Positions 60,612-64,000 of a stretch of 64,000 nt of DNA are shown here, piece after piece. Below the pieces are notes generated by a model that saw only the letters and a program-made list of their open reading frames with translations, was not told where the DNA came from and made no database searches. A program made the translations under genes and the position numbers. Source of the stretch: Marsupella aquatica (lineage: Eukaryota; Plantae; Marchantiophyta); assembly GCA_973895155.1 (NCBI GenBank), contig OZ316896.1:11420730-11484729 (forward strand), in the 5' to 3' direction. Each line of letters begins with the position of its first letter. The first letter of the stretch is position 1.

Positions 60612-61539
60612 CTAGACCCAAATGTGGGCTCTGAGTTCTCCACTTATGGGCATCCGACAAGTAGGACAAGTTCTACTTCGCTTACTGTGATCTTCCAAGC
60701 ACTGGAAACAAAAGTGCAGATGCAGACAAGGAAGAACGATGGTGTCTTTTCGGGATTCGAAACAAATCTGGCACAAACTGCTCTCTTGTCCCGCCACAAG
60801 AATACTCAGGGCAGTTTCATGCTCAATATCCAGTCGGCTCTTCTCATCTCGCACAGCGTTAAGCTGGGTTTCCAGGCCGATGACATCCAGCTTAGCTTTA
60901 CCAATCTCATTCGCATGTGTTTGTAATGTCTTTGTCATCTTTTTGTCAAACTGCATCTTTTGCTGGGCCAATGCAAGTACTGCGGTAGCCCTTTCCTGTT
61001 CGACCACAGACAATTTCTTTTCGACTTTGTGCTTCTCTAACAGCACAATCGCCACTTCTTGGTCACATCTGGTCTTCCCAAGCCTGATTGCACTCCGTGC
61101 AGCGTAAAGCCGATCTCGCAGACTTGCTTTCTCGACATTCCATTTGAGTACCTGGGCAGCCGCCTTCTTTTTATGCTCATCTAGTTCTGCTACACGGTCT
61201 CTTTTCATAGCCGGTCTTACAATTGCAATGATCTCAGCGGCGAGTTTCGGTGCAATTTCTTCAATCAAAAAAGATTTTAAGGTTGGTAGGACATCACTCG
61301 CATGCGGTATGCCATCTTGGGAACTGGAATGGAGTGCAATACTTCGCATTAGCTTCAAGAGTTGCAATTGATAATGAATCTGCTGAAAGGACCCAAAAGT
61401 GGTCTCGTCTATACCTTTGCGGATTGGTGTTTGCCATCGATTGTTGGCTTCCAACCTTGTCAACCTTGTTGTTTCTCACCAATTTGATCACCTCTCCGTT
61501 AAGGTCTTCCACGTCGTCAACCAATTTGCGCTTGGCCAT
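60612..61539 (-). CDS. Coiled-coil plus C-terminal RING-HC (C3HC4) protein, putative E3 ligase; two exons (61539-61415 and 61323-60612), about 278 aa
   Basis: RING motif CQICFESRKDTIVLPCLHLHFCFQC..TCPTCR. A 91-bp intron (GTATAG..CTAAT..TTCCAG) joins the ATG-61539 ORF to the RING ORF in phase. Confidence 0.8.
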
Positions 61540-62294
61540 CTTTGATCAAACAAGTTGGAGGTAATTTACGTAGTGTAGATTGAAAGAAAGTGGCCTAAAT
61601 TGCTCTGGGTATGAACTGTGTGAACTCTGGTTCTTCAGGAAATGGATAGACTGTTTGATGAGATTCAAATGTGCTAATAAGGCGGCAGTCTGGCAATGGC
61701 ACGAGCGTGCCTTATGGCCGTTCCCACTCATAAAGTTAAATCGAGTATAGGACCTTGTGACGGGGTTCCGTCACTGGAAATCATCCTCTATGATTGTGAA
61801 CTGGGGTGGTGCCATGTAACCATTGTAAATGCGCCCTTTTTTTTTTCTGGGAAGTTATTTCCGTCACTTATGAGGGATCGGATTTTATAAGTTGGGCCCT
61901 TAGAAATAGAATTTGACAGATGGCCCTACTTTGGGGGAATGAATTCCCCATTATTTTATGACCATTTCCGGGGACCCCAATAGCAAGGAATAGGGAGTGG
62001 AACTTTAAGTGTTAGGGAAAAAGGGTATATAAGGGGGTGTTTTGTTTTTTTTTGTTAAAAGGCCATGGTGCTACCGCGAGGGCTTGCATGGGGAAACGCG
62101 CTGCCAAGGAGCCCATAAGGGGCACCCCTGGGGCTTGACACGTGGAATCTTGGGGGCTAAGGAGGGAGCTCCGCGAGTAAGTAGGGGAAGCCGGGGCGTG
62201 AGCCAGGTCGAGGCGCGGCACGGGGGGTTTAAATTCCCCAAGAGGGGCGCAGCCGGGGGGGAGTCACATTATACCCTCCCAGGAGGGTACCAGG

Positions 62295-62492
62295 GCAGCC
62301 GGGGCGAGCCGAGGCGCAGCCGGGCCGCAGCCGGGGCGAGCCGAGGCGCAGCCGGGCCGCAGCCGGGGCGAGCCGAGGCGCAGCCGGGCCGCAGCCGGGG
62401 CGAGCCGAGGCGCAGCCGGGCCGCAGCCGGGGCGAGCCGAGGCGCAGCCGGGCCGCAGCCGGGGCGAGCCGAGGCGCAGCCGGGCCGCAGCC
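62295..62492. repeat. GC-rich 32-bp minisatellite, about 6 identical copies
   Basis: gcagccggggcgagccgaggcgcagccgggcc is repeated without visible mismatches. Confidence 0.95.
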
Positions 62493-63214
62493 GAAGAAAG
62501 GAGGAAGAGGTCGGGGGGAGTATTAACTCTCCCGTGAGTGGAGTTGGGGGGAGGAGGGAATTTAATTCCCCATACCAGGGGGAGCGCTACGGGAGGCGTA
62601 CCGGGAGCCGGGCCCCCAAAAGAGGGGCGAGTAAAGGTGGGGGGGTATTAAACCCTCCCGCGAGCCAAGAGGAGGGTGCAGGGTGCTGCCGGTACGCGAG
62701 GCGCTGCATAGGGCAGCGTGTAGCAAAAGGGGGGGAATTAAATCCCCTGGCCTCAGAGGTAACAGGGCGCAGTGCGAGCCCTGCATAGGGCCACGTGCTG
62801 CCGGGTGGCTCCCGCGAGCTGGTGAGAGGAGGGCGTAGGGCGGCGAGCCGGGGCACAAGGCAGCCGGGGCGCGTGGCGAGAAGGAGCCACGGGGTTTCCT
62901 TTTTTTTCCGTCCTATTTTCTCACTTCCTCTCTTTTGCAAGACCAACTCATTGCCGAAAGCAAAAACTTGGGCTCTCTCTCAACTCTTGCCGAAAGCTCG
63001 CTCCACATTTTGCAATTATTATGGAAGCTCTTTCTCATGGTCAATTGTTGAGGCTTGTTGGCATGATTCTTTCGGGCATTAGCGGCAGCAGCACGGAGTG
63101 GCTTCTGAGGGAATTGAGGGTAATTGATTGATGGGGGCCGTTTCGGGCCAGGGAATTGACATTGCTATGGGTGACGGGATTTGGTGATTGAGGATTTGAT
63201 TTCTGGATGCATGG

Positions 63215-64000
63215 ATGCTGGATCAACCGGAGTTTAGTGCGGCACGCATTCGGAGATACAAGGCTGCTTACCGTGACTACGTTGAGACTTTGATTGCAAG
63301 AGAGAGAGAAGAGAGAGAAGCTACGATGAGTACTGGACTGGCGGCAAGTTCCGCACCGGTGAGTAGGAGGGTTTTCCGTCGAATTTATCCCAAAACCTCC
63401 GCCAAGGTGATGGAGGATTGTAGGAATATTTTTCAAGCCACCGGGCTCACGGAGTTCATGAAGGTGGAGATTACAATCCCTTCGGGGAAGAGTTGGAACA
63501 TTGAGGCCGAGATGGAGTTACATACGGAAGGAATCTAGTTTGAATGTCTCCAACGGGCAGTGCCCCATGTGGAGTTAGCTAAGCTTCTGTTTCTGGAGAA
63601 CCAGCAATTCTCATTCACACCTCGGAACATAAGGGGAGAGCTCACGTTGACAATGGTGGCCGGGTGGGTGATTAATCCCACCTCCACTACTTCCATTCCT
63701 CTTTCCGCCATCAAGGATGCTGAGCACAAAGGATTTCTGGCCAAGGTTCATCAACGGGTCCTTGGTAACGTGCAATCCGGGGTGGTGAATGGAGAGCATT
63801 TCGTGGTAGCTATGGACATCAAGAACTATCCAGCCCATGTGTACGGATGGTGGTACTACGGGTTGAAGAAGCTATTGGACGCCGATCCCGGGAGTGTGAA
63901 ACCAGGTGGGGCTGTACATTTGATCGGGTCATTTTTGTTGGCCAGAGCAGAAGGGTGGATTGTTTCCCCGGGATAGGAGGACTCTGGATCATCCCTTACC
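63215..64000 (+). pseudogene. Probable transposon accessory ORF, running out of the window
   Basis: ORFs 63215-63538 and 63560-63976 share a frame and are separated only by TAG. The composition is globular-protein-like and the ORF follows a GC-rich repeat region. No domain identified. Confidence 0.35.

Noticed and set aside
60612-61539. RING gene as a frameshifted pseudogene
   Set aside because: A canonical 91-bp intron reconciles the two frames.
62042-62788. 248-aa ORF with repeated peptides
   Set aside because: It results from the GC-rich 32-bp minisatellite, which lacks stops. It has a TTG start and no domain.

Overview
Nuclear DNA of a land plant, probably a non-seed plant (inferred from gene content and divergence; the species cannot be determined). 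Six host genes look intact and are unusually intron-poor: MLO (no intron), a nepenthesin-like aspartic protease (no intron), neutral ceramidase (no intron in the CDS), DGAT2 (1 intron), chloroplast NDH subunit NdhT/CRRJ (1 intron) and a coiled-coil RING-HC gene (1 intron). There is also a Kelch-repeat pseudogene. Mobile DNA includes a full-length but mutated Ty1/copia element, a solo LTR, MITE-like foldbacks and many tandem repeats. Two loci stand out. (1) At about 15.4-22.6 kb, a Kolobok-type DNA transposon: an 8-exon DDE transposase with an inserted SAP motif lies tail-to-tail with a gene ending in a P2X7-ballast/KolX-like motif. (2) At about 44.1-46.4 kb, a decayed TET/JBP-family 2OG-Fe(II) dioxygenase gene, a family not known as part of the land-plant toolkit. 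It is interrupted by a solo LTR and may sit inside a non-autonomous DNA transposon. All calls come from manual translation and motif recognition; no database searches were run.
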